41,222 nt of DNA from positions 1 through 41,222 of the forward strand of contig JBAXAI010000034.1 in NCBI GenBank assembly GCA_037142615.1, in the 5' to 3' direction. This stretch comes from Spirochaetales bacterium. GTDB lineage: Bacteria; Spirochaetota; Spirochaetia; JABEVK01. A program made the position numbers and the translations under genes. Below, piece by piece: positions 8,438 through 17,184 of the stretch. The notes below the pieces were generated by a model. It was not told the origin of the DNA. It saw nothing but the letters and a program-made list of their open reading frames with translations, and did not search any database. Within the stretch, counting starts at the first letter, position 1, and the number at the start of each line of letters is the position of its first letter.

Positions 8438-8661
8438 CGCGCGAGTTTCTCCAGCGTGGTGCCGTGCAGCTTGTTGATCTTCTCGAGACTGGCCAACAGG
8501 TCACCCTCGGAGGTTTGCGAACTGGCCGGTGACACGATCAGGTTCTTTCCATCGGTGATGATTTCCAGGTCCGTGGTCAGGTCGATGTTCAGGAGCTGCA
8601 AAAGGGGCTTTTCGAGCACCAGGGCCGCACTGTTTCCATGCTGAACCAAGCGTTTGGTCAT
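8434..8661 (-). CDS. AbrB/MazE-like antitoxin
   Basis: MTKRLVQHGNSAALVLEKPLLQLLNI..LEIITDGKNLIVSP; C-terminal HGTTLEKLAR. Confidence 0.88.
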   Translation of the reverse strand: MTKRLVQHGNSAALVLEKPLLQLLNIDLTTDLEIITDGKNLIVSPASSQTSEGDLLASLEKINKLHGTTLEKLAR

Positions 8662-8673
8662 AGAACACCTCGA

Positions 8674-8706
8674 CAACATCGTAGCAACATTGTATTGACG
8701 GTGCAA
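8674..8706 (-). promoter_or_regulatory. Promoter/operator of AbrB-Doc module
   Basis: TTGCAC-N17-TACGAT on the minus strand; direct repeat CAACATCGTA/CAACATTGTA with 11-bp period over the -10 box. Confidence 0.6.
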
Positions 8707-8765
8707 GTCCGGGATACCCACGAAGCCCGAGAAGGACTATAGTTAACCCACCTAAGGAGTGTGCA

Positions 8766-9425
8766 ATGGGCCTGTTTCCGTCGCGAGTTGTCCTGACCCT
8801 GCCGGCTGTGATGGTACTTCTGTTCGCCGGGTGCTCGACCGCGCCGAAGGGGCCTGTCGCATCGCCCGATGTGGTCGCAGGAGCGAGTCTTGCTGCCGAG
8901 GGGCGCCCGGACCTTGCTGGCGAGCTGACTCCGGTCGAAACCGGCAAGAAGGTCCTCGTGGTCTACTTTTCGCAGGGGACCGCCACCAGGCGCGTGGCTG
9001 AAGACCTGGCCACCCTTCTGGGTGCGGACTTGGAACGCATCGTCGAGAAAAAGGACCGCAGCGGACCATTCGGCTTCCTGGTGGCAGGCGCCGATTCGTC
9101 CCAGAAACTCTCGACCCCGATCGAGCCGCCCACCCGTTCCCCAGGGGACTATGGTCTCGTGGTGGTCTGCACCCCGGTCTGGGCCTGGAGTCTTGCCCCA
9201 CCGGTGCGAAGCTGGCTGCAATTGCAGGCCTCGCAACTCCCCGATTGCGTCTTTGTCGAGGTCTCAGCGGCCACCGAGCCCAAGGCCATCGTCGCCATGA
9301 TGGTCGAAGCCTCTGGGGGCAAACAGCCGTTGGCGAGCGAAGGCTTCGTCGAGGCCGACTTCGCACCGGAAAACAAGAGCATCTACCTCGGCAAGCTCGA
9401 AGGAATCCTCGGCAAGCTGAGGTAG
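8766..9425 (+). CDS. Flavodoxin-like lipoprotein
   Basis: Lipobox LFAG-C; KKVLVVYFSQGTATRRVAE, DYGLVVVCTPVWAWSLAPPVRSWL. Confidence 0.75.
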   Translation: MGLFPSRVVLTLPAVMVLLFAGCSTAPKGPVASPDVVAGASLAAEGRPDLAGELTPVETGKKVLVVYFSQGTATRRVAEDLATLLGADLERIVEKKDRSGPFGFLVAGADSSQKLSTPIEPPTRSPGDYGLVVVCTPVWAWSLAPPVRSWLQLQASQLPDCVFVEVSAATEPKAIVAMMVEASGGKQPLASEGFVEADFAPENKSIYLGKLEGILGKLR

Positions 9426-9428
9426 TCG

Positions 9429-9682
9429 CTACAGCCCCAGTTCGCTGTGGCTGCCTAACCGAACCAAGCGAAGAACGTCTTTGTCTGGCTTCAGGTAGAT
9501 CAGCACGAGGTCTGGCCTGACATGGCAGTCCCGATGGTCCTTCCATTCGCCCGCGAGGGGGTGGTCATTGTGTCGTGGTTCTAGCGCTTGGTCGTTCGCC
9601 AGCAGTTCAACCATTTGTCGCGGGCTCGGCCTTCCCGCTTGTAGTCCTTCTTGAACTGAGTCGTCCACTCAATCGTCCGCAT
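9429..9682 (-). pseudogene. yafQ: YafQ toxin, frameshifted and internally deleted
   Basis: ATG 9682 MRTIEWTTQFKKDYKRE runs into an early stop; the DHPLAGEWKDHRDCHVRPDLVLIY..RLGSHSELGL half is in another frame. Confidence 0.82.
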
Positions 9683-9932
9683 CGAGCGCGGCCCTCAATT
9701 CGGCAATACTGTTGGCGCGAGCCAGACCCATCGAGCGTGCTTCGCGCATCGCTTCAATCGTTGTTTCGTTGGGCACAAACGGGTCGAACGGGAACGCATG
9801 GTCGCGCGCGATGCGGGTCAAAAGCATGCGTACGGCGTCGGAAACCGTCAGCCCCATTGACTCTAGGACCAAGGAAGCCTCTTCCTTGATCGCACCGTCA
9901 ATTCGAGACTGAACCAGTTGATTTGCTGCCAT
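9669..9932 (-). CDS. dinJ: DinJ/RelB antitoxin
   Basis: VQSRIDGAIKEEASLVLESMGLTVSDAVRMLLTRIA..FPFDP..PNETTIEAMREAR. Confidence 0.92.
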   Translation of the reverse strand: MAANQLVQSRIDGAIKEEASLVLESMGLTVSDAVRMLLTRIARDHAFPFDPFVPNETTIEAMREARSMGLARANSIAELRAALDADD

Positions 9933-10010
9933 ACGACACACCTTCCTGTGAATGATATTGTAATGCATTTGTACCACGAAGACAAGAGCTTCGGCGCCCG
10001 ACCCGCCCCA

Positions 10011-10310
10011 CTACTCCCGCAAATACAGCCACGCCGGCACCGCGAAGCACGTCCCGAAGGCGAACAGGCCCACCAGCGGCACCCAGAAGTGCTTCACGGG
10101 CCGCTTGCGCTGCTCGGTGACCATGTAAAGGCAGAACGCGCTGGCCGCCAGCAGCAGGTCCAGGCTCAAAAAGGTGCCGCCGAGGGTGCTGAACGCCTGC
10201 ACAAAAATCAGCTCGAAGTGCCAGCCATATTGCTGAAAGAACAAGTAAGTGAGGGTCCAGGGGACGACTGCGCCGACGACGGCCAAGGTGGCCCAAAGGG
10301 TTTTCATCAT
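10011..10310 (-). CDS. Small membrane protein, DUF2834-like
   Basis: Three hydrophobic segments; GAVVPW, SLDLLL, G..FAVPAWLYLRE. Confidence 0.72.
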   Translation of the reverse strand: MMKTLWATLAVVGAVVPWTLTYLFFQQYGWHFELIFVQAFSTLGGTFLSLDLLLAASAFCLYMVTEQRKRPVKHFWVPLVGLFAFGTCFAVPAWLYLRE

Positions 10311-10359
10311 GAGGTGAAGATACTGCTGTCCAGAGCGGAAGTCGCACTTGCGCATGCGT

Positions 10360-10372
10360 CTAGTCGGACTAG
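10360..10372. promoter_or_regulatory. Palindrome upstream of phd-vapC, candidate operator
   Basis: CTAGTC-G-GACTAG. Confidence 0.45.
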
Positions 10373-10415
10373 TCGTATTGCTCGAACTATGTTACCTTGA
10401 GAGAAGGAGGCCCCC

Positions 10416-10658
10416 ATGACCTATTCCCTACAAGATGCCAAAGCCAAGTTCAGCGAGCTCGTGACCACCTGCCTGGCCGAGGGGCCACAAACGGTAACCC
10501 GCCACGGTCAAAACGCCGTCGTGGTGGTGCCTTTCGACGACTACCAACGCCTCGTGGCCCCGAAGCAATCGCTCGGTTCCTTTTTGCGGTCGGCGCCGCG
10601 GGCTGAGCTCCAAGTAGTCCGCTCGCGCGAGCTCGGTCGCCAGGTCAGCTTCGAATGA
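10416..10658 (+). CDS. Phd/YefM family antitoxin
   Basis: YSLQDAKAKFSELV..EGPQTVTRHG..AVVVV..DYQRL; SD AAGGAGG. Confidence 0.92.
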   Translation: MTYSLQDAKAKFSELVTTCLAEGPQTVTRHGQNAVVVVPFDDYQRLVAPKQSLGSFLRSAPRAELQVVRSRELGRQVSFE

Positions 10659-11071
10659 TTCTGCTCGACACCTGTGTGATCAGCGAGACGCTCAAACCTG
10701 AGCCCGATGGCCGGGTGCTGGCTTGGGTGGAATCGTTGGACGAAAGCGAAGTGTTTGTACCGTCGTTGGTGCTGGGCGAACTGCGCCAAGGGGTCGAAAG
10801 CCTGCCAGCCGGGAACCGCCGGGCCAACCTTTCCGTATGGCTCGATCAGCTTGAGGCGCGTTTTGGGGAACGGATTCTGGGCCTCGATGCAGCCGTGGCC
10901 CATCGCTGGGGCGTGCTGCAGGGAACGATGTCTCGGGCCGGGACTCCGCTGCCGGTGGTCGACTCGCTTCTCGCGGCCCTTGCGCTGCAGCACAACGCGG
11001 TGCTGGCTACCCGCAACGCCAACGACTTCGCCGCCGCCGGGGTGACGGTACTCAATCCTTGGGTGGCGTGA
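10655..11071 (+). CDS. vapC: VapC (PIN) toxin, FitB-like
   Basis: ILLDTCVISE, LGELRQG, VDSLLAALA, LATRNANDF, VLNPW; ATGA overlap. Confidence 0.92.
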   Translation: MILLDTCVISETLKPEPDGRVLAWVESLDESEVFVPSLVLGELRQGVESLPAGNRRANLSVWLDQLEARFGERILGLDAAVAHRWGVLQGTMSRAGTPLPVVDSLLAALALQHNAVLATRNANDFAAAGVTVLNPWVA

Positions 11072-11077
11072 GGGCGC

Positions 11078-11428
11078 AGGGTTGATCAGCGTGAATCCGG
11101 AGTCGGGGTAGGCCTCGGCAAAGCCCTTGGGGACGCTCGCCGGCCTGTCGCCCCACTTGAACTCGAAGGCCTCGAGCAGGTCGAGGTACGAAATCACGGT
11201 GTCGGCGCTCAGGCCACAGCTCCGCCCGGTGAGCGCCTCGCGGGTCTGGCCCGCCAACTCGAGGCTCGAGGAACCGGTGACCAAAAGGCGAACTTCGGGA
11301 TGTTGGTCGTGAAGTCGCTTCAGCACCAGGCCGACGCCGGGGATCCGCTGCGCCTCGTCGAGGAACAAACCCTCGTAGCCGGCCACTAAGCCCGACAGCC
11401 TCCCCGGGGAGATTGTGCTCACTGACAA
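11078..11428 (-). pseudogene. Collapsed AAA_14/DUF4143 ATPase remnant
   Basis: Walker B LFLDEAQR, LLVTGSSSLEL..EALTGR, HTH piece GLSADTVISYLDLLE and C-terminal AFEFKW joined in ~115 codons; no Walker A. Confidence 0.72.
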
Positions 11429-11460
11429 GGCTAATCGACAAAATGACGTTCTATCAACGA

Positions 11461-11682
11461 CTAGATCCGTTCTCCCTCTGCCGAGAACGCGAGCACGTCG
11501 CCTAACGCCGAGGCCTTCAGGTCGGCCAGCATCGTGTCCATGGTGGCTCCAAAGCCCAGGTCGTCGAGGTACTGGCCGATCTCGTCCTCACCTTCCACCA
11601 CCAGCTTGGTCGCCTCGGCCAGCGACGCGATGCGCCGAAACGTGGCCCGGCCGTCGGCGAACAGCTCCAGCTCGAACATCAT
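11461..11682 (-). CDS. Small acidic hypothetical protein
   Basis: Open frame with plausible codon usage; no recognisable motif. Confidence 0.35.
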   Translation of the reverse strand: MMFELELFADGRATFRRIASLAEATKLVVEGEDEIGQYLDDLGFGATMDTMLADLKASALGDVLAFSAEGERI

Positions 11683-11778
11683 GGCTTGGCTCCCACGACC
11701 GCCCGCGCGGCCCACAGGTTTTTGATCATGAGGACAGAATACCGAACTACGCCAACAAAAGCTAAGGGCAGGGCCGGT

Positions 11779-13560
11779 CTACGCCGTCACTCCCAGTCGG
11801 AACTGGGCCAGCATCGAGCGTACGTCGGCGGCTTGGCCGGCCAGTTCCTCGGCGGCGCTGGCACTCTCTTCGGCGCTGGCCGTGTTCGACTGGGTCACGC
11901 GGTCGATCTGCTCGAGCCCGGCGGCGATCTGGTCGAGGGCCCCCGACTGCTCGCGGCTGGCCGCAGAAACCTCGGACGCGATTTCGGCAACCTTGCTGGC
12001 GATGCCCACGATGCCGTCAATCTGCTTCGCGGTAACGGCGGCGAGCTTGTTCCCGTTTTCGATGTTGCGCAGCGCCTGCTCCACGAGCTCGGTGGCTTCC
12101 TTGACCGAGTTGCCCGACCGCACCGCCAAGCTGCGCACCTCGTCGGCGACCACCGCGAACCCCTTGCCGTACTTGCCGGCTCGCGCCGCCTCGACGTTGG
12201 CGTTGAGGCTGAGCAGGCTGGTCTGGAAAGCGATGTCGTCGATGGCCTTGGCGATCTTTTTGATGCCCTCGGCGCTCTTGTTGATCTCGGCCATGGCGGC
12301 CACGACCTTTTGCATCTGGGTATTGCCCTGCGCAGCCGAGTCGCGCGCGCTGGTGGCCAGCTGGTTCACCTGCAGGGCTCCTTCCATGTTCCTTTTGGCC
12401 TGACTGTTGATTTCGGTGAGGCTCGAGGTGATCTGTTCCATCGAGCTGGCCTGTTCGGTGGCCCCCTGCGAAAGCGACTGGCTGGCGTCGGCCACCTGCG
12501 AGGCTCCGCTGTTCACTTGCTCGACGTTGGTGTGGATGCGGCCCAGCGTGTGATTGAGTGACCTGATCATGGCCTGCAGGGCCTGGCCAAGGCCGTCGCG
12601 GTCGCTTTCGAGCGGGCTCTCCATGGTGAGGTCGCCCCCGCTCACCGCCGTCAGGACGTCGGCCTTGCGCTTGAGGCTGGCTACCATGCGCACCACCGAG
12701 CTGTAGACGCCCGAGGTCTGTCCCGCGTGGAGTTTCACTTCGAGATTTCCGAGCGCCACCTCGTCGGTGATGCTCTCGATCACCGCCGGATCCTCGCCAA
12801 GACTGCGCGAGACTTTTCTCGTGACGGTGAAGCCGATCAGAACGATGAGAACCAGCAGCAGGACCGTGAGAGCGATGGCCGAGACCAGCAGAACGTCGCC
12901 TGTGGTCTTGAAGTTGGCCACGGTGGCCGCCGTGCGCTGGTCGAGCTTGGCGAAAAACTGGTCGATGGGTTTGACGATTTTCGCCTTGTCGGTGTGGTAC
13001 TGCACATCGTGCATAATGCGGATCGCCAGGTCCCGGTCGGCGGGCTTTTCGACGGTGTAGTTGCCGTTGCCGTCGTTGTAAAGGCCCTTGATGGCGTTCA
13101 TGGCGACGGTCTCGGTAGTCACCAGGCCGTCGGAGTTCTTCTGCGCTTCGGTCAGCAACCCCAGTTCTTCGTCGGTGAAGCCCAGTTGCTTCATCAGGTC
13201 TTGCAGGGCCACGGTTGTGTCGTCGGGGCGGGGTTTTTCGCCGTAGTTGACCATGAGGTCCCAGTAAATACGCTCGTAGTTCATGGGCCGGGGCTTTTTG
13301 CCGTTGCGGATGTCGAGCACGTCCCAGTACATCTTTTCGTACCGGCCATCGCCCGTGACGACGTAGGTCCGCGCCAACCTTGTCAGGTCGTCGGAGCTTT
13401 GGCGAAGCTCGTCGGCTCTCACGTAGCTGAGGTAACGCACCTCCTGAGCCCTGTTGAGAGCGTCTTGATTGGTAAACATCAGGTAGATAACGGCCAGAAG
13501 CGCCACGACCCCCAAGCCAATCCCCACAAAAGAAACAGTCAGCACGCTGCGCAGTTTCAT
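11779..13560 (-). CDS. Methyl-accepting chemotaxis protein
   Basis: Two TM segments, periplasmic domain, HAMP-like region, [40 protein letters not shown]. Confidence 0.95.
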   Translation of the reverse strand: MKLRSVLTVSFVGIGLGVVALLAVIYLMFTNQDALNRAQEVRYLSYVRADELRQSSDDLTRLARTYVVTGDGRYEKMYWDVLDIRNGKKPRPMNYERIYWDLMVNYGEKPRPDDTTVALQDLMKQLGFTDEELGLLTEAQKNSDGLVTTETVAMNAIKGLYNDGNGNYTVEKPADRDLAIRIMHDVQYHTDKAKIVKPIDQFFAKLDQRTAATVANFKTTGDVLLVSAIALTVLLLVLIVLIGFTVTRKVSRSLGEDPAVIESITDEVALGNLEVKLHAGQTSGVYSSVVRMVASLKRKADVLTAVSGGDLTMESPLESDRDGLGQALQAMIRSLNHTLGRIHTNVEQVNSGASQVADASQSLSQGATEQASSMEQITSSLTEINSQAKRNMEGALQVNQLATSARDSAAQGNTQMQKVVAAMAEINKSAEGIKKIAKAIDDIAFQTSLLSLNANVEAARAGKYGKGFAVVADEVRSLAVRSGNSVKEATELVEQALRNIENGNKLAAVTAKQIDGIVGIASKVAEIASEVSAASREQSGALDQIAAGLEQIDRVTQSNTASAEESASAAEELAGQAADVRSMLAQFRLGVTA

Positions 13561-13636
13561 CCCTTCCCTCCTACCCCGGACTGAAGTCTCGACTATGGGG
13601 CGGGGGAATACTGCCTTTCGACCGAAAGACTTTCGA

Positions 13637-14170
13637 TTAGGGCTTTTTTACCACAACCAACTGCGGGAGGTTGCGGTAGCGCTGGGCAAAGTCGATGCCG
13701 TAGCCGGCCACGAACACGTCGTCGATGTCGAAGCCGTTGTAGTCGACGGTGACGGGGGTCTTCCGGCGGCTGGGCTTGTTGAGCAACGTACAGACCTTGA
13801 GGCTGCGCGGATGGCGGCCGGCCAGCAGCTCGAGGATGCGGCTGAGGGTGAGCCCGGTGTCGATGATGTCTTCGACGATGAGCACGTCGCGGCCCTGGAT
13901 GGGCTCGGCGAGGTCCTTGAGAATGCGCACCTCGGAGTTTTCCATGCTGTTGCCGTAGCTCGACACGGTGAGGAAGTCGATTTCGCTGTCAATATCGAGG
14001 GCGCGGGCCAGGTCGGCCAAGAAGATGAAACTGCCCTTGAGCAGGCCGACGAGCAACGGTTGGGTGCCTTGGTAGTCGGCGCTGATCCGCTTGGCCAGCT
14101 CGGCGACTTTGGCCCGGATGTCTTCTTCGGTGATCAGAATCGATTCGATGCCGTCGGGGAGGAATGCCAT
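13637..14170 (-). CDS. hpt: Hypoxanthine phosphoribosyltransferase
   Basis: [44 protein letters not shown]. Confidence 0.95.
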   Translation of the reverse strand: MAFLPDGIESILITEEDIRAKVAELAKRISADYQGTQPLLVGLLKGSFIFLADLARALDIDSEIDFLTVSSYGNSMENSEVRILKDLAEPIQGRDVLIVEDIIDTGLTLSRILELLAGRHPRSLKVCTLLNKPSRRKTPVTVDYNGFDIDDVFVAGYGIDFAQRYRNLPQLVVVKKP

Positions 14171-14177
14171 GGCGCGA

Positions 14178-14984
14178 TTATAGCGAAGTCGCTGCGGGCG
14201 AGGAAGCCCACACAGCCGTCGCCCAGGCTGAGCCGGCGATGCCGAAGGCAACCCCCACGTTCAGGCTGGCTTTGTGGCCGTGCAGGGGCAACGTCACCCG
14301 GCCTGCGCTGGTTTCGGCCCAGGCCAGCGCCTCGGGGCTCAGGCCGAGTTCCTCGCTGCCAAGCAGGACTAGGCCCGACCTCGGAAACGAAAACCGCCCC
14401 AGGGGTGTGCCACCGAGCTCGAGCGCCCAAACCGGCTGGCCGGCGAACTCGGTTTTCAGCTCGACCAGCGAGCGCACGCCGGTGCAAAGATTGGCGAGGC
14501 ACCCCATGGCGGTGCGCACCACACGTGAATGGTCGAGCGGCGGGCAGGCCGGGCTGGTGTACAGCGTGGTGAACCCGAGCGCCTCGGCCGTGCGGGCGAT
14601 CGAACCGACGTTGAAGGGACTGCGCAGGTCTTCGAGCCAAACGGCAAAGGGAAAACGCGACGGAGGGCTGTCCCCCGCGTCATCCCCCGGAGCCCGGTCT
14701 CCCGGCGTCTGCAAATCCCAGTCTGCGGCGCTCAGGCCCAGTTGCAGCTCCAGTTGTTGGTGAAGGCGCGCGACGGTTCGCAAGTCGCCCAAGTCGAGGA
14801 CTGTCCCCGGGAGCGCGACCGGCGCTTCGAGAACCAGCGCGACGGCTTGGCAAAAGTACGCCAGCTCGTCGGAGCCCGGCTGTTCGCCACCGGCTAGTCG
14901 TCGCTTGAGGTCGGCCAGCAGGGCCAGCACCTTGCGGTCGCGGGTACCCGGCGGCAAGCTGCCGAGCTTGCGGAGCGTGATCAC
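14178..14984 (-). CDS. TrmH/SpoU family RNA methyltransferase
   Basis: LEDLRSPFNVGSIARTAEA, LGSEELGLS, SLNVGVAFGI; GTG start overlapping upstream TGA. Confidence 0.88.
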   Translation of the reverse strand: MITLRKLGSLPPGTRDRKVLALLADLKRRLAGGEQPGSDELAYFCQAVALVLEAPVALPGTVLDLGDLRTVARLHQQLELQLGLSAADWDLQTPGDRAPGDDAGDSPPSRFPFAVWLEDLRSPFNVGSIARTAEALGFTTLYTSPACPPLDHSRVVRTAMGCLANLCTGVRSLVELKTEFAGQPVWALELGGTPLGRFSFPRSGLVLLGSEELGLSPEALAWAETSAGRVTLPLHGHKASLNVGVAFGIAGSAWATAVWASSPAATSL

Positions 14985-16072
14985 AGCACGAGCTGGAGGA
15001 ATTCCTGCAAGCGCTCCGGGTCGAGCACCCCGCCGCGCTGAAGGCCAAACCCACGCACCACATCGACGGCCAGCGTCAGTTGCGTGTCGACCAGCTGGAA
15101 CTCGGCCAGCCGCATCGGCAGCTTCGAGATGTTGAGGAACTTGCGCACTTCCTGCGCGATCTTGGGCCCCAGCGTGTCGGGTTCGCCTTCGTAGTCCGAC
15201 AGCCCGAACGCGGGTGCAAGCCTGGCCATGCGGTTGCCCGCGCGGTGCCCGAAGTGTTCCAAGAACGGCGCCAGGAACAAACTGCCGAACGACGATGAAG
15301 ACACGCCTGCGATTCCCGCCAGCGCGTAGCTGAAGGTAAGTCCGGCGCCTCGGGGCAAGCAGGCCAGCGCGACCGACACATTGAACCCCGCTTGCGCGGC
15401 CACGGAACGGTACTCGGCGTTGGCCGGGTTTTCCTGGATCTTCTTGAGGTTGCTCCACAGGGCCTCGATGGCCCCCAGCAGAAGGCTCTGCTCCAAAAGT
15501 CCTGCTGCCTCATGGAAATAGCCTTCGACGGCAAAGAACAACGCCTCGAGCAGAAGCATCACCGAGGTCTTGGGCGTCTGGCCGGTGGCCATGTGCGGAT
15601 CGATGAACTCCTGAAAGTCGATCTCGGGCGGCAACTGCAGGAAGCGCATGTCGGAAGGGTGCCCGGTGGTCAAAAAAGCCTCGGGACGCAACAGCAGCGG
15701 AAAGCACACGACGGTGGGCACCTCAAGGTAGGGGACCCGACGCTTGGCTGCGAGTTCGCTGGCCACCGAACGGCCCAGCGAAAGCAGGTCGCTGCTCCCC
15801 ATGGCCACCAGCACGTCCATGCGGCTGGCGGCGGCGATGGCCAGTGCCTCTTTCTGGTACTCGATCACGGTTTGGCGCGACGACTTCGACAGCACCAAGA
15901 ACGGCACGCCGGCGCGTTCGAGCGAGTGGGTGAGAATGCCGAGTTCCTTGCCCGATTCGAGAGAGCTCTCGGTAAGCAGCAGGGCCCGGACTCCCGCTTC
16001 CTTGGCTGCTAGACCCAATTGTTGGCTGACGCCCTGGCCCAAACGTACCCGCTGGGGAAAATGGAACTCCAT
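14981..16072 (-). CDS. Iron-containing alcohol dehydrogenase-fold protein (degenerate active site)
   Basis: FHFPQRVRLGQG start, EVPT, IDP, LP.RL.EF layout; SD GGAGG; GGGS and His ligands missing. Confidence 0.75.
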   Translation of the reverse strand: MEFHFPQRVRLGQGVSQQLGLAAKEAGVRALLLTESSLESGKELGILTHSLERAGVPFLVLSKSSRQTVIEYQKEALAIAAASRMDVLVAMGSSDLLSLGRSVASELAAKRRVPYLEVPTVVCFPLLLRPEAFLTTGHPSDMRFLQLPPEIDFQEFIDPHMATGQTPKTSVMLLLEALFFAVEGYFHEAAGLLEQSLLLGAIEALWSNLKKIQENPANAEYRSVAAQAGFNVSVALACLPRGAGLTFSYALAGIAGVSSSSFGSLFLAPFLEHFGHRAGNRMARLAPAFGLSDYEGEPDTLGPKIAQEVRKFLNISKLPMRLAEFQLVDTQLTLAVDVVRGFGLQRGGVLDPERLQEFLQLVL

Positions 16073-16088
16073 AGGCACCTCCGTGCGC

Positions 16089-16132
16089 AAAAAAAAAGCT
16101 GCCGGACGCCCTCTTCGGAGGACCCGACAGCT
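16089..16132 (-). terminator. Rho-independent terminator after flgM
   Basis: GC stem followed by a long T run on the minus strand. Confidence 0.75.
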
Positions 16133-16150
16133 ACCTGGACGGCGAAGGAA

Positions 16151-16435
16151 TCACAGTCCGAAGGACTTCAGAATGCCTTCGGCCGTCGATTCCAGAATCG
16201 CGTTGTTGATGTAGTTGGGATCCTGCAACTTGACCTTCATCTCGGCGACGCGGTCAAGGCGGATTTCGGGGGTGGCGCGCACCACTTCGCGGGCGGCGAG
16301 CAACTCGGCCTGCGACTTGGCTTCCGATGAGACTTCGATCGAGTCCGGCCTACCGGTTTTGACGGGGCCAGCGGGCTTTTCAGTCTTGCCCAGATTCTTG
16401 AGAGGATCCAAAGGACCCAAGCCGTTGATCGTCAT
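16151..16435 (-). CDS. flgM: Anti-sigma-28 factor
   Basis: DSIEVSSEAK, PEIRLDRVAEMKVKLQDPNYI; sigma28 promoter upstream. Confidence 0.88.
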   Translation of the reverse strand: MTINGLGPLDPLKNLGKTEKPAGPVKTGRPDSIEVSSEAKSQAELLAAREVVRATPEIRLDRVAEMKVKLQDPNYINNAILESTAEGILKSFGL

Positions 16436-16456
16436 AACCATCCCCTTGTGCTAACC

Positions 16457-16484
16457 TTATCGGCGCACTCGCCTCATTCCTTGA
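16457..16484 (-). promoter_or_regulatory. sigma28 (FliA) promoter for flgM
   Basis: TCAAG-N15-GCCGATAA on the minus strand. Confidence 0.8.
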
Positions 16485-17181
16485 AGTCTTCCTCATCGTT
16501 CGAGGCAGCGCCAGATACCAGCACAGCAAATTCACCCTTGATTATAGGACGCGAGGCCAACTCGTTCAAGACCGAGGCAGCCGTTCCCGAAAGGAATTCC
16601 TCGTGGCTCTTGGTCATCTCGCGGGCCACCAACAACTTCCTATCAGGTTCGATATCGGCAAGCGCCTGCAAAAGCTTGATGATGCGGAACGGAGATTCGT
16701 ACAAAACGAAGGCTTCTTCGCGGCCCAGAAGCTCCTGGACGCGTTTTTTGCGCTTGCCGGGCTTGACCGACAAAAAGCCGTCGAAGGTGACGGTGCGCCC
16801 GCCGAAGCCGCCCACGCTCACAAGCGAGGCGAGCGCGCTGGCCCCGGGGATGGGAACGACCGGAAAGCCGGCTTCGCGCACCTTGGCTACCAACACGGCG
16901 CCGGGGTCGCTCAGGCCGGGGGTACCGGCGTCGGTACAATACGCGAGGCTTTTGCCTTCGCCGAGCAAACCGACAATGCCGTCGGCGCTGTTGGCCTCGT
17001 TGGCCGCGCGGCAACTGATCATCCGTTTGCTGATGTTGTGCGCGTTGAGCAGGCCCAGCGTGTGCCGGGTGTCTTCGGCCGCGATGATATCGACGTTGCG
17101 CAGCGTCTCGAGGGCGCGCAAGGTGATGTCTTGCAGGTTGCCGATGGGGGTGGCGACGATGTAGAGGGTGGGTTCGGCCAC
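16474..17181 (-). CDS. rsmI: 16S rRNA C1402 2'-O-methyltransferase
   Basis: LYIVATPIGNLQDITLRA, AEDTR, DAGTPGLSDPG, YESPFR, REMTK.HEE. Confidence 0.95.
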   Translation of the reverse strand: MAEPTLYIVATPIGNLQDITLRALETLRNVDIIAAEDTRHTLGLLNAHNISKRMISCRAANEANSADGIVGLLGEGKSLAYCTDAGTPGLSDPGAVLVAKVREAGFPVVPIPGASALASLVSVGGFGGRTVTFDGFLSVKPGKRKKRVQELLGREEAFVLYESPFRIIKLLQALADIEPDRKLLVAREMTKSHEEFLSGTAASVLNELASRPIIKGEFAVLVSGAASNDEEDFKE

Positions 17182-17184
17182 CGG

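Noticed and set aside
8042-10020. Similar sequence after the doc and DUF2834 stop codons (CCCG.CCCGCCC..CTAC) as a second cassette-boundary repeat
   Set aside because: Short, low-complexity and gapped; plausible by chance at this GC content
10541-11077. C-terminal extension of the AAA remnant ORF across phd-vapC
   Set aside because: Antisense read-through after loss of the native stop; similarity to the family ends at ..TLINP
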